The translations under genes and the position numbers were made by a program. Positions 9,838 through 19,167 of a DNA stretch of 64,000 nucleotides are shown piece by piece. Each line of letters starts with the position of its first letter. Position 1 is the stretch's first letter. The stretch is taken from positions 79,319 to 143,318 of the IMG/VR virus record IMGVR_UViG_3300033121_001593; one strand, given 5' to 3'. The DNA is from a virus (Duplodnaviria > Caudoviricetes). Below the pieces are notes generated by a model that made no database searches, was not told the origin of the DNA, and was given only the letters and a program-made list of their open reading frames with translations.

Positions 9838-10411
9838 CCAGATTCTTGAGTAGCCCTAATAGCTCATCCACCGCCAGGGCCTGCGCCTCAGCAGCCGAGG
9901 CGGCTTGGAACACGGCAGCCGCCGACCGGTACATCGCTGCCAGCGTCGACGGCCGCATAGGGGCCGCGGCGGGATTGGCGGCCTGGACCTTCTCGATCTG
10001 CTCGATCCCGACATTCGAGACTCGTAGCATACGCAGGCCGCCTTCCTGCAACGTCCGGGCCACGCGCAAAGAACGGGACCGGAACTGCTCCAGGTCGGCC
10101 ATGTGCTGCGCCTCCGCCTCACGGCGCGCCCGTAGCTCCAGGTAGGCGTCATACTGCCGCGAACGATTGAGCCAGTCGTGCTGAGCCGACCAAAGCGTCC
10201 AGCGCCCGGAGGGTAGCCTTTTTTCTCCGTCCGCAACATTGCCCTTGCCATGCTCTTTTGTTGCCGCGGTGAAGGCAATGGACAGGCTGCGAAAGGGGCC
10301 AAGGTCACGATAGACGCAGAAAGCGGCGAAGGCGGGGGCGGTTTCGCCGGCCAGCATATCCCAGGCGAAAAGGCCATCGGCGCGGCGGAAGCGGTCATCC
10401 CATTCGGCCAT
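9824..10411 (-). CDS. terS: Terminase small subunit (putative)
   Basis: GETAPAFAAFCVYRDLGPFRSL and W..WS..HDW.NR helical N-terminus; overlaps terL; AAGGAG SD at the ATG 10411. Confidence 0.7.
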   Translation of the reverse strand: MAEWDDRFRRADGLFAWDMLAGETAPAFAAFCVYRDLGPFRSLSIAFTAATKEHGKGNVADGEKRLPSGRWTLWSAQHDWLNRSRQYDAYLELRARREAEAQHMADLEQFRSRSLRVARTLQEGGLRMLRVSNVGIEQIEKVQAANPAAAPMRPSTLAAMYRSAAAVFQAASAAEAQALAVDELLGLLKNLDADE

Positions 10412-10413
10412 AG

Positions 10414-11157
10414 TCAGGCTCCTTTGCCCGCCAGCCATTGCTCGAAGCGGGCGGCGGCGGTCACGCCAGGATCGGCGGCCAGCGTCTCACGGTCTACGAT
10501 CACGGTGTAGCCGTCGAGGGCGGGGCCGATCTGGAGCAGGTCGGGGCGATAGAGGGCCGGCTGGTTGAGGGCCGGTTCCCAGGTCACCATGGCGGGGTCT
10601 TGCGGGATACGCACGATCTTGCGGTGGGCGATATCGGTGATGGTCTGCTGGAGCAGGCGCACGCCCATGGCTTGCAGGCGATCCTGCCAGAGCCGGGAAG
10701 CGTCCCAGGTAGGGGGGATAAAGCACCAGTCTTGGGCGGCGATGGGGCCGCCGTCGACGGTATCGTTCAGCCAGTAGACGGTGCCGCCCGTCACCCGTTC
10801 GCCGAGACGGATGGCCCACTTGATGGCGTCGCGGCCGCGGTGCAGGGGCAGGAGGGACGGGTGGAAGCCGATAGCGCCGAAGGTAGCCTTGTCGCGCGTC
10901 TTGCGCCCGATGAAGTCGTGAGAATGAGCCGCGACGATCAGATCGACGCCATCGGGCAGGGTGGCCTCGCGCAGGGAGCCGGCGGGAAGCAGGGGGATAT
11001 GGCGGTCGAGGGCCGCGCCATAAAGGCGGTCGATCTTGGAGAAGGCGTCTAGCGGGGCCGGCGCGGCGACGCCTACGACCGGGTGCCCGGTGTGCTCGAT
11101 GATCATATCGAGCACCAGCTTGCCAAAGTAGCCCTGGCCGGCGAGATAGATTTTCAT
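10414..11157 (-). CDS. Formyltransferase (Fmt/PurN fold)
   Basis: FHPSLLPLHRG and TVDGGPIAAQ 10-formyl-THF transferase motifs. Confidence 0.85.
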   Translation of the reverse strand: MKIYLAGQGYFGKLVLDMIIEHTGHPVVGVAAPAPLDAFSKIDRLYGAALDRHIPLLPAGSLREATLPDGVDLIVAAHSHDFIGRKTRDKATFGAIGFHPSLLPLHRGRDAIKWAIRLGERVTGGTVYWLNDTVDGGPIAAQDWCFIPPTWDASRLWQDRLQAMGVRLLQQTITDIAHRKIVRIPQDPAMVTWEPALNQPALYRPDLLQIGPALDGYTVIVDRETLAADPGVTAAARFEQWLAGKGA

Positions 11158-12335
11158 TTGGGCTTTGTAGTCCTTGCCTTGCGGGGCATCTGCTTGGGCT
11201 TTGCGCCGAAGCGAAAGCCCTGCACGGCCCTGAAGTGTCCGCCATAGCCGAGATTGGTAACGCTCACGCCCGGCTTGTTAGCGAGTGAGGCTATGAGGGT
11301 TGTCGCTGATCGTTTCTTGTTACCGCCGTAAAGGTTGGCGCTGACTTGCGCCCAGCGGGGGTCACGGCGCAGGGCGGCGCAGAGACCGGGGTGGGACGTA
11401 TGGAAGTAGACGACTTTGACGCGGTCGCCATAGCGGGAGTGCCCGTCGACGTGCCACTGGCATAGCTCATTAAGAAAGCGAATGCCGATGCCCGCGCCCT
11501 GCCATTCGGGCATCACAACCATACGGCAGGCGCGAACGCCCTGGACTTCCAGGCGGGGGGAGAAGGCCAGGTGAACGACTGGCTCGCCTTCGACCGTGCC
11601 GACGAAATAGGTGGCGGCGACCATCTTGGGCAGCTTCAGATAGTGATGCGGTTCAAAAATGTGCCAATAACGGGAGTCCGTCTGCCAAAACTCAAGATCG
11701 AATCGTGGCCTTCGCCAAAGGCCCCTCCCCGCGTACCTACCGGTTGCCGTGTCAAATACCCAGTCTGGCTCCAGCCATTCTATGATATCGTAGTGGCAAC
11801 TAAGCAGCACGCACTGGTTGCCGCTGGCTTTGGCCAGGCGCTTCCAGGACTTGGCGAAGGCCAGCGCGCCGAACTTGGCGATCTGGCGATCCACGACGGA
11901 CGTGAACTCGTCGATGACGATTTTGGCGGGGGCCTCGCAGATCACGCGGGCGAGATTGGCCCGGAACTTTTCACCGTTGGATAGGACGGGGAAGGGGCGG
12001 AGCCAGGTCGGGACGGTGCCGAGGCCGACCGCGGCAAGGGCGGCGGTCACTTCGTTGAAGTCGCCGGTCGGGGCGATAGCGTCCACGATGGGCCGGTCGG
12101 CGGGCCAGTTGTCGAAATCGGCGACGGCCTGCGGCCCCCACATCTGCCGGCCCATAGACGTCTTACCTGAGCCAGACGGGCCGACGATCAGGCCCAATGA
12201 CCAGCCGGGGTCATCGATGGGCAGGGTAGCCTCAAGATCGAAGTTAGCGCCCGACTCGGCGTTGAACAGGGATTTGACGCGGGCGGCGCGATAGGAGTCG
12301 AAGTCGGCGCAGTTGTTATGAACCGTGATTTTCAT
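11154..12335 (-). CDS. ABC-type ATPase fused to a GNAT/Mom-like acetyltransferase
   Basis: GPSGSGKT, LSNGEKFR signature, IVIDEFTS, SCH; C-terminal HHYL and RMVVMPEWQGAGIG acetyl-CoA motif. Confidence 0.85.
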   Translation of the reverse strand: MKITVHNNCADFDSYRAARVKSLFNAESGANFDLEATLPIDDPGWSLGLIVGPSGSGKTSMGRQMWGPQAVADFDNWPADRPIVDAIAPTGDFNEVTAALAAVGLGTVPTWLRPFPVLSNGEKFRANLARVICEAPAKIVIDEFTSVVDRQIAKFGALAFAKSWKRLAKASGNQCVLLSCHYDIIEWLEPDWVFDTATGRYAGRGLWRRPRFDLEFWQTDSRYWHIFEPHHYLKLPKMVAATYFVGTVEGEPVVHLAFSPRLEVQGVRACRMVVMPEWQGAGIGIRFLNELCQWHVDGHSRYGDRVKVVYFHTSHPGLCAALRRDPRWAQVSANLYGGNKKRSATTLIASLANKPGVSVTNLGYGGHFRAVQGFRFGAKPKQMPRKARTTKPK

Positions 12336-12922
12336 GTCACCACGACCTTGACCTCATAGCCGGCCTCCTTGAGATCGTTATAGACCTCCTCCTGGTGGGC
12401 GGCGTCCGTGCAGATGATAATGACGCCATACTGCTCCCGGTAGGTCGCCTCCTGCTGCTCGCCGGCCTCGCTTGAGCCGACTTCTTCCTCGATCTCGGTG
12501 AGAAGGCGCTCTAGCTCATCGCCTTCGAAGCCGGTGTAAGCTCCGCCGAATTCGGCGGCCTCGACGGCGGAGGCCAGGGCCTCAAGGTTCCAGGCCGAAA
12601 GGTCGCCGGTGCGATTGTCGGCTATGCCATAGCCGGCCGCCTTGGCGGGGTCATCCTCGACCCAGACGACGGCGATCTGCGTCCAGCCTAGCTGACGAGC
12701 GGCCTGCCACGTGCCGTTGCCTTTTTCGATCTTGTTGCCCTGTGACCGGTTGACGACCAGGGCGACGCGCTGGCCATACTCGGTTAGGCTGGCGGCGATC
12801 CGGTCGATGGCGTGCCCGGTGCGAGCGTTGGCGGGGTCCATGTGGACCGAGTCGATGGGGACTGCCAGGGGGCGCAGGTCCGGGATAATGTAGGGAATAG
12901 GGGCGGGTGCTGTATCTCCCAT
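12332..12922 (-). CDS. ParB/Srx N-terminal domain protein
   Basis: DPANARTGH, IAASLTEYG, KGNGTWQAA, IADNRT motifs; 4-nt overlap with the ABC-GNAT gene. Confidence 0.8.
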   Translation of the reverse strand: MGDTAPAPIPYIIPDLRPLAVPIDSVHMDPANARTGHAIDRIAASLTEYGQRVALVVNRSQGNKIEKGNGTWQAARQLGWTQIAVVWVEDDPAKAAGYGIADNRTGDLSAWNLEALASAVEAAEFGGAYTGFEGDELERLLTEIEEEVGSSEAGEQQEATYREQYGVIIICTDAAHQEEVYNDLKEAGYEVKVVVT

Positions 12923-12953
12923 GACTGGCTTTCTCCGAACGGGAAAGCGCACG

Positions 12954-13006
12954 AAAAAGTGCGCGGCTTATGGTAGGTGAATATCCTACCATAAGCCGCG
13001 CACTTT
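12954..13006 (-). terminator. 22-bp perfect hairpin/intrinsic terminator upstream of the packaging operon
   Basis: AAAGTGCGCGGCTTATGGTAGG-7-CCTACCATAAGCCGCGCACTTT with a T-run on the minus strand. Confidence 0.75.
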
Positions 13007-13031
13007 GAAAAGTAGACGATTGAGGGTTTAA

Positions 13032-13346
13032 CTAGTTGAGGGCGAGAATAACGCCCTCCAGGGCCGCCGAGGCGTCGGCGGCGGCCTCAGCGGTCACCCC
13101 CGATTCGTATTCCCCAGCGTCGATATCGGCCACGATAGTGGCCATGGCCTCTGCCACCGCCGCCTGAGTGGTGACGATGAAGCCGGGGAAGATCGGGCTG
13201 CCGTGCCATTCACCAAAGCGGCGGACGGCGCGGTTGACGATGAAGGTCTGACCGTTGACGGTTGCGAAGCCGGTCTCGGTGGTCCCGTCATTCGCAATGA
13301 CGGTAACCTCTCCATCGAATTGAACTGGTACGGTGATCTGAGACAT
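13032..13346 (-). CDS. Hypothetical protein
   Basis: 104 aa, AAAGGAG SD. Confidence 0.6.
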   Translation of the reverse strand: MSQITVPVQFDGEVTVIANDGTTETGFATVNGQTFIVNRAVRRFGEWHGSPIFPGFIVTTQAAVAEAMATIVADIDAGEYESGVTAEAAADASAALEGVILALN

Positions 13347-13468
13347 GGTGACTGGTGCTCCTTTGTGCTACTGCTGAAAGATGGTTAGATGCGGCCCGGC
13401 GTTCCGGCGCTCTTAGGTGGCTCGGTTAGGCGGAAGGCGATCAGCCCATCGCTTCCGAACCGAGCCAC

Positions 13469-13672
13469 TTAAGAGGGTCGGGACTTGGCGATATCGCTGG
13501 TGACTAGGTCCTTGGCGGCCTGGATGGCGGCGGCCCGTGAGGAGGCCCAAAAGTCGTGGGTCAGGACGTGGCGGCCGGCCTTCTCGATGACGGCCTGAGA
13601 GAGATCGTCGCTGCCCTTGAACGTTACCTTGATCGTGTAGCCCTGGAAAGGCCGGGTGTAAGTGCTGGTCAT
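13469..13672 (-). CDS. Hypothetical early protein
   Basis: First ORF behind the promoter at 13721-13791; AAAGGA SD. Confidence 0.6.
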   Translation of the reverse strand: MTSTYTRPFQGYTIKVTFKGSDDLSQAVIEKAGRHVLTHDFWASSRAAAIQAAKDLVTSDIAKSRPS

Positions 13673-13720
13673 GTCGGGGTCCTTTGCGCTCGCCGTTCCG
13701 AATTTCGATCCTATAGCTCT

Positions 13721-13791
13721 ATTATACTCCTATCGTTTAACTTGTCAAGCGGTTTATGGCCTTTTGGCGAAAACTCGTAAAATTTAAGGTT
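13721..13791 (-). promoter_or_regulatory. Early promoter (family, type A)
   Basis: AACCTTAAA box ... TTGACA-16-TATAAT. Confidence 0.8.
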
Positions 13792-13940
13792 GGGCGGCGA
13801 GGCGCGTTGGCCGGCCCGAAATCGCCTTGACGGGCCGGCCATTCGTGCCCGCTACGGCCCAAAAACGGGGGGTAGACGGGCTTTTAGGGAATAGCCGGCC
13901 CGGTAGTATCGGCGGGGGCGTTACAGGCCCCTTGGGGCGC

Positions 13941-14219
13941 TCACGGGCGGGGCGGGGGGCGCTTGATCGAGGCCCGGTACATACGCCAGGCCAGGAGCGA
14001 AAAGACAAGCTGGAAGATCATAGCGGCGGTGGCGATCATGGCGACGGCTAGCAGGGGCGGGCGGTCCACGTAGACGGCTCCGCCCGCGCAGACGATGCCG
14101 GCGATCACCATGCAGGCGCAGAGGATCATGTAATGAGCATAGTCGGCGTCCTTCCATTCCGCCAGGGGGCGGTCGCTGATACCGAGCAGGCGATGGCGCA
14201 CGAAGGGCCGGAGCTTCAT
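13941..14219 (-). CDS. Two-TM membrane protein
   Basis: Two hydrophobic helices. Confidence 0.55.
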   Translation of the reverse strand: MKLRPFVRHRLLGISDRPLAEWKDADYAHYMILCACMVIAGIVCAGGAVYVDRPPLLAVAMIATAAMIFQLVFSLLAWRMYRASIKRPPPRP

Positions 14220-14575
14220 CCGGCCTCCACGTAGAGATAGATGACGGCGACCGGCTCGTTGCGGGGCATCACGCCCGGAACCTCGACCGGGCGGGTGATG
14301 ATCAGGCCCAGGCGCTCGGCAGCCTCGGCGCGCTCGCCCATCAGGCAGGCGGTCAGATAGCCGGCCATGAAGCCGATATCGGGCAGGATGACGTGCGACG
14401 CGCCTAGCCCGTGGCGCACGAGCGTATCTAGCTGCGGGGTCAGGGGCTGGCTATAATCGAGGATGGCCGGCCGCGGACCCTCCCGGACCTCACAGTCGCC
14501 CAGTAGGGCGGTTAGGTTGGCGCGGTCCTTCATCGACAGGGGCCAGCCGTAGTTATAGACGACGGGGGTTGACAT
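14216..14575 (-). CDS. Hypothetical protein
   Basis: 119 aa, coupled to its neighbours. Confidence 0.55.
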   Translation of the reverse strand: MSTPVVYNYGWPLSMKDRANLTALLGDCEVREGPRPAILDYSQPLTPQLDTLVRHGLGASHVILPDIGFMAGYLTACLMGERAEAAERLGLIITRPVEVPGVMPRNEPVAVIYLYVEAG

Positions 14576-14581
14576 TGATCC

Positions 14582-15601
14582 TTAATTCTCCTTATTCGGG
14601 ACCGGGTGATAGCCTTTCTTGATCTCGCCAAGGTCGGCGCGCCCGCGCAGGCTCTGCGGGCGAAAAAACGTCCCGACCATACCGGGTCGACCAAACAGCG
14701 GGGCGTCGGCGTCATAGTGCGCCCAGTGAGCACGGACTTGGTGCAGCCGGCGCTTGTGGCCCGTCGCGCCAGACGCCGCGACGTCGTCATCGACCCGCTT
14801 CTGCAACTGCTTGATCCGCAGCCATTTGTAGGCGACCGGCTCCTGGCCGGCGCGCGCCATACGGCGGCGCTCGGCACGCTGGTGGCGGATCGGCTCAGGC
14901 TCCGAGAGCGTCACGTTACGGCAGTTCATGAGCGAAAGAACAAAGGCGAAAGGGGAGATTAGTTTCTGCGCGAGTATCTGGTTGAGGAGATGAATCTCCG
15001 GCCGCTCAGGGTCCTCGCCGGCAAGGGAAAACGCGAAAAACATGCGCGTACCTATATCCTTACCGGGAAACGCCCGCCCGTCCTCGGTTAGATAAAGCGC
15101 GGCGAACGCCTCGGCCTTGACCGCTCCCATCATCATGACATAGGCGCGAATCCCTAAAATAAAGCCGGGTACAATACCGTCCTCTAAGGCACGAGACCGG
15201 GCGGCCTGAAGCGTAGGTAGGCTCAAGTTGTCCTCTAGCGACTTCCGCGCGTCCTTTCTGTCGCCGCCCGTCAGAAGGTTAGAAAAAAATCGCTCTAACG
15301 TCTTCCTCCGCACCGCTCCCGCGCGCCGCTCGACAGGGATAGGCGTGCAGACAATATGTGCCCCTATGCGCTGAATACCGGCCGGCAGGCCGGGTCCCTC
15401 CGCCGCCATAGACGGCGGACACGCGAACTCGATCCATGTCTCCTCGCCGGGGGCGGTAAGCCGATGAAAGTCATCAGAAAGTGACCAAATCCACTGGTCA
15501 CTTTCCTCGAAAAACCAATATGCCGCCTCCGTGGCGTCAACCAGCGTCGCCTGGTCTTTGACCCAGGCCAGATCGGGGTCAAGCTCTAGAATTCCTAACA
15601 T
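14582..15601 (-). CDS. Conserved-type phage hypothetical protein
   Basis: 339 aa; C-terminal RRLHQVRAHW...PLFG...RG...IKKGY motif of the kind seen in many phage proteins. Confidence 0.65.
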   Translation of the reverse strand: MLGILELDPDLAWVKDQATLVDATEAAYWFFEESDQWIWSLSDDFHRLTAPGEETWIEFACPPSMAAEGPGLPAGIQRIGAHIVCTPIPVERRAGAVRRKTLERFFSNLLTGGDRKDARKSLEDNLSLPTLQAARSRALEDGIVPGFILGIRAYVMMMGAVKAEAFAALYLTEDGRAFPGKDIGTRMFFAFSLAGEDPERPEIHLLNQILAQKLISPFAFVLSLMNCRNVTLSEPEPIRHQRAERRRMARAGQEPVAYKWLRIKQLQKRVDDDVAASGATGHKRRLHQVRAHWAHYDADAPLFGRPGMVGTFFRPQSLRGRADLGEIKKGYHPVPNKEN

Positions 15602-15888
15602 CGCTGCTTCTCCTTGGGATAATTTGGGATAACGTGGGATACTGTGGGATATTCCGCCTCACAGGCCAGGCAGATATCGCCGGCCTTGCTCATGGCGTAG
15701 TGGCCGACCCAGCGGCCGCAATCGATGCAGCGCAGCACGCGGCGGGCGTCGACGGTTAGCTCCCAGGCCAGCCGCCATTCGACCAGGCCGGCCGCTTGGG
15801 CGGCGGCGAGGAAGCCCTGATCGCCGCCATCGGCCAGCGCGGTCATCAGGGCTTGCCTCTCGCCGATTGTGATAAAGCTAGTCACCAT
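15595..15888 (-). CDS. Small Zn-finger protein
   Basis: CIDC...CLAC; GAGGAGG SD; overlaps the TROVE stop. Confidence 0.55.
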   Translation of the reverse strand: MVTSFITIGERQALMTALADGGDQGFLAAAQAAGLVEWRLAWELTVDARRVLRCIDCGRWVGHYAMSKAGDICLACEAEYPTVSHVIPNYPKEKQRC

Positions 15889-17329
15889 CCTCCTCATTTG
15901 CGCCGGCCACGTTTGCGCCCTCGAAGGCCGCAATGAAGTGCATGAACTGAGACGACCAGCCGGTGACCTCAGCGGTCCAGACTCCCGCATAGCTCACGCC
16001 GCGGCTATGGCCCGAAATGTCGGTGATGTAGTTGCGGGCGGCCCATGGCTCCGGCATCCGTCCGCTATCATCCATATCCTGCGAGTCGCTGAAGACGATC
16101 AGCCGGTCAGCCGGGGCACCGCGCCGATCCGCCTTGATGAAGTCCAGGGCCTGGCGGGTGAAGATACCACCGCCGCCCAGACGCCCGGAGGCGCGCCTGA
16201 TCTCGTCCATCAGGGCAAAGCCGCGCCGACGCTTCAGTAGCTCGGTCTGGTGCGTCTGCCCCAAATCGCTGCCGGCAGTAGCATAGACCTGGACCTTGAC
16301 CGCCTGCTCGGCCGCCAGCATGGCCAGGGCCGCGGCGGCGTCCAGCCAGGAAAGGTCGCTCTGCCCGGAGAGCCTGCCGTGCTCCATCGATCCCGATACG
16401 TCAACAACGAGCACGGTCTCGCCGGCCAGCTTGGGGGCGGTCGCCAGCGCCCGGAACATCATAGCCTCGATCTCGCCCTGCCAGCGGGGCGCTGCCCGGC
16501 CGGCGGCGATGAAGTTGATCGGCAGCAGCCAGCGCGCCGGGGCCGTCTCGAAGTAGGCCGCGATGGCGGCCCGGTCCACGCCCTCCCGCTCCATCAGGGC
16601 CAGGTTACGCAGGAAGGCCAGGCCGGGCAGCCGGCGCTCGGCCATCAGGCGCTCGAACGTCTCACGCTTGTTCGCTCCGGCGCTCAGGGCCACCTCCCAG
16701 GTATCGGGGGGCGTAACATGGCCGGCCTTTAGCTCGGCCAGGGCGCGGGCGTTGCGCGGCGTCGGGACCGGGTGCAGCAGGCGCGCGGCGTCTCGCAGGG
16801 TGACGGCGTGCCCCTTGCCCTGGTACTTGGCCAGTTGATAGTCATCGAACTGAGCAAAGGCGTGAGCCAGCCCGGTCTTGAGTTGGCTGGCCAGCGGCGC
16901 GCGCGGCTTGCCGGCGGGGGTCGGGTTTTCCATGGCGTAGAGCGTGAGGGCCTCGGTGATGCCGTCGGCGCGCCCGACGATCACGGGTAACAGCTCGGCC
17001 ACCAGCGCCCGGTGGGCGGGGTACTTGAGCATCTGGATTGCCACGAACAGGGGAACGTGGCGCAGGCCCTGTTCGTTGCGCGCCTGCCAGGCCAGACGGG
17101 CGACGACCGCCGGCTCGACCTCAGGCACCAGCTTGCGGATCACGTCCGCGGTCACCGCGCCGCGCTCATAGAATTTGTCCTCCCAGAGCAGGTTAGAGAG
17201 GATCGCTCGCGCCAGCAGGGCGTCCGATCCCTGCAGGGCGGCCGGCGCGCCCGCGCCTCCGGCCACGCGCGCCTTGGGGTCCATCGCGCCCTTGCGGCTC
17301 GGCTTGGGGGTTGGCTTGTTGGTTCGCAT
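15878..17329 (-). CDS. Ro60/Rsr-like TROVE-vWA RNA-binding protein
   Basis: LLWEDKFYE, GLRHVPL, FDDYQLAKY, PDTWEVALS, AFLRNL, vWA MIDAS VDVSGSM, IVFSDSQ. Confidence 0.92.
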   Translation of the reverse strand: MRTNKPTPKPSRKGAMDPKARVAGGAGAPAALQGSDALLARAILSNLLWEDKFYERGAVTADVIRKLVPEVEPAVVARLAWQARNEQGLRHVPLFVAIQMLKYPAHRALVAELLPVIVGRADGITEALTLYAMENPTPAGKPRAPLASQLKTGLAHAFAQFDDYQLAKYQGKGHAVTLRDAARLLHPVPTPRNARALAELKAGHVTPPDTWEVALSAGANKRETFERLMAERRLPGLAFLRNLALMEREGVDRAAIAAYFETAPARWLLPINFIAAGRAAPRWQGEIEAMMFRALATAPKLAGETVLVVDVSGSMEHGRLSGQSDLSWLDAAAALAMLAAEQAVKVQVYATAGSDLGQTHQTELLKRRRGFALMDEIRRASGRLGGGGIFTRQALDFIKADRRGAPADRLIVFSDSQDMDDSGRMPEPWAARNYITDISGHSRGVSYAGVWTAEVTGWSSQFMHFIAAFEGANVAGANEEDGD

Positions 17330-17393
17330 CGCTGACTCCTTGGCAAAAAAATACGGCCCGCAGATAAATCCGGGGCCGTGCTGGATACTTGCT

Positions 17394-17488
17394 GCGGCAG
17401 GAACTTTCAGCCGATACGGGGAGACGGGTTTGATCCCGTCAGCGGTTGCCCGCCCTTGACCGAAGTAACCGTATCGTCACCATGCCGC
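17394..17488 (-). ncRNA. Y RNA-like (YrlA-type) RNA with T-arm-like hairpin
   Basis: GCGGCATGGTG...TTCCTGCCGC closing helix; CGATACGG/CCGTATCG stem; CGGTTACTTCG; GCGG-GCAA-CCGC and GACGGG-ATCAAA-CCCGTC hairpins; just upstream of the Ro60 gene. Confidence 0.65.
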
Positions 17489-17565
17489 GCGGCCCGTTGG
17501 GGCCGGCATACCGAAAGCGGGAATTTAGGGTGGCTCCTGGCCTACCCGCCGGCACGCGGCCGGGG

Positions 17566-17610
17566 GCGAGAATTTTTCAAGATTCGATGAACAGGAAACC
17601 TTCACCACGC
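17566..17610 (-). ncRNA. Minimal Y RNA-like element
   Basis: GCGTGGTG...AAATTCTCGC ends as in the neighbouring copies; inner AAGGTTTC/GAATCTT stem. Confidence 0.45.
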
Positions 17611-17621
17611 TTCGGGATAGC

Positions 17622-17689
17622 CAGCCGGGAACTTTGAGACTGTGACGGGAACACTCAAAGGCGAAGTAACCGCCACAACACCACGACTA
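17622..17689 (-). ncRNA. Y RNA-like element
   Basis: TAGTCGTGGTG...AAAGTTCCCGGCTG; TGTGGCGG/CCGTCACA stem; shared CGGTTACTTCG motif. Confidence 0.55.
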
Positions 17690-17698
17690 ACTGACCTA

Positions 17699-17726
17699 AT
17701 GATACCACAACCATTCGACTTGTCAA
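17699..17726 (-). promoter_or_regulatory. Promoter of the Y RNA-Ro60 unit
   Basis: TTGACA-16-TATCAT ending ~10 nt before the first Y-like element. Confidence 0.65.
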
Positions 17727-17735
17727 GGGCCAGTT

Positions 17736-18857
17736 TTAGCCGACTTCTAGCGCCCGATCCCATTCATAGACCAGGGCCTCCCAGTCGATATCGGCCTCGG
17801 TTGCGCCGATCTCCTTTAGCGCCTGACGCATCTGATCCTCGATCATGGTGACCTGACAAAAGAGCCAGAAGTACTCACGCAGCCTGATCGACCGGGTCCG
17901 GCTCGTGCCCTTGAAGCTGGGTATGAGGCACCGCATCGCTTCATTGGACAGCCGATGCTGATCGACGATTGTGTGTGCATACCACGTCGCAAAATTACGA
18001 AAGCCTTGAAAGCCCTCCTCTGACCAGGCGATATCCATCTGCCTTGGGGGTGCCGTCAGGCGGTCGATGATCCGGTCGACAGCGCGTAGACTTCGCGTTA
18101 GGTTACGCGCAATCAAGGCCGGGTCGGTGACGACCTCCGGGATGGGCGGCTCGGTCGGCTCGTCGGCCGCGCTCCGGGCGGCCCTCAGCCTGGGCGTCAG
18201 GCTTTGATCGGGGCTATACCAGGCCAGGAGCGTGTTTGCGCCCGTCCCGCTTTCCCTGAATGAGTCTGGCGGAAGCTCGGACGTCTTGAACGCTGCCCGA
18301 AGCTCGGCTATGGCCCGCTCCTTGCGAAAGGCCAGCCCGGCCGGCGCGATCATCATCATTTGACCGCGCGGCGTGAGCAGGCTCTTGGCATGAGCGAGAT
18401 GCTTCGCCCAGGCCAGCTTGTCGCTTTCGTCGCCAAAGGGCGGGTTGCCTACGATCAGATCGTACTGGTGATCGGGGCGATATCTCAGGAAGTCGTCGGC
18501 GACTAGATTGACGCCGCGATCCTTCAAGGCTAGCCGGTTCAGCGGATTCTTTTCGGCCACATCCACGCGCGCCGCCGGCCAGCGCCGCCCGATCTCGTTT
18601 AGCCAGGCTCCGGTGCCGCAACTTGGCTCCAGGATCGTCTCAGGCTCATAATCGGTGACGGCCAGGGCATCCAGGGCCTGCGTAATGACCGCGTCCGGCG
18701 TCGGGTAGAAGTCGTACCGGTTAAGGGTCACCGCCGCCCCGCCGGCCAGGACTCGCCCGACCAGGGCCTCGACTTGCGCCAGGATTTCGGGGTCGCGTTC
18801 GGCCTCGCCGGCGGCCGCCAAGGCTTGTAAGTGGGTCAGGTCAATCGTCGTCGCCAT
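17736..18857 (-). CDS. Solitary amino (N6A/N4C) DNA methyltransferase
   Basis: DFYPTP, motif I LEPSCGTG, motif IV IVGNPPF, LPPDSFRESGT. Confidence 0.85.
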   Translation of the reverse strand: MATTIDLTHLQALAAAGEAERDPEILAQVEALVGRVLAGGAAVTLNRYDFYPTPDAVITQALDALAVTDYEPETILEPSCGTGAWLNEIGRRWPAARVDVAEKNPLNRLALKDRGVNLVADDFLRYRPDHQYDLIVGNPPFGDESDKLAWAKHLAHAKSLLTPRGQMMMIAPAGLAFRKERAIAELRAAFKTSELPPDSFRESGTGANTLLAWYSPDQSLTPRLRAARSAADEPTEPPIPEVVTDPALIARNLTRSLRAVDRIIDRLTAPPRQMDIAWSEEGFQGFRNFATWYAHTIVDQHRLSNEAMRCLIPSFKGTSRTRSIRLREYFWLFCQVTMIEDQMRQALKEIGATEADIDWEALVYEWDRALEVG

Positions 18858-19167
18858 CGCCGTCCCGCGTCCTTTCGCGCCATATTCGCTTTAGCTCGTC
18901 CTGCCAGCCGGCCAGCAACGATACGCCCTCGCTCGTATCGCGCCGGGCCAGCTTGGTCCCGTTAGCCGCGTGGGCGGTGAGCACTTGCCCGTATAGGGCG
19001 AGCCAATCTCGCTTACCGGCGATTTGCTGGCAAGCAGCGACCAGGGCATACCATCCGACCTTGGTATATACCGGCTCGAATTTTGTACCCGTGGCGATGC
19101 GCGCCAGGCGTTCTGTCCGGCGATTGACGCCGCGGCTTTCGCCTTTTTGGCCGGTCGGTTGGGTCAT
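18841..19167 (-). CDS. Hypothetical protein
   Basis: Coupled ORF. Confidence 0.5.
   Translation of the reverse strand: MTQPTGQKGESRGVNRRTERLARIATGTKFEPVYTKVGWYALVAACQQIAGKRDWLALYGQVLTAHAANGTKLARRDTSEGVSLLAGWQDELKRIWRERTRDGDGDDD

Noticed and set aside
17394-17488. Canonical tRNA gene
   Set aside because: Only a T-arm-like hairpin is present, with no cloverleaf, anticodon arm or CCA. A Y RNA-like element fits better.
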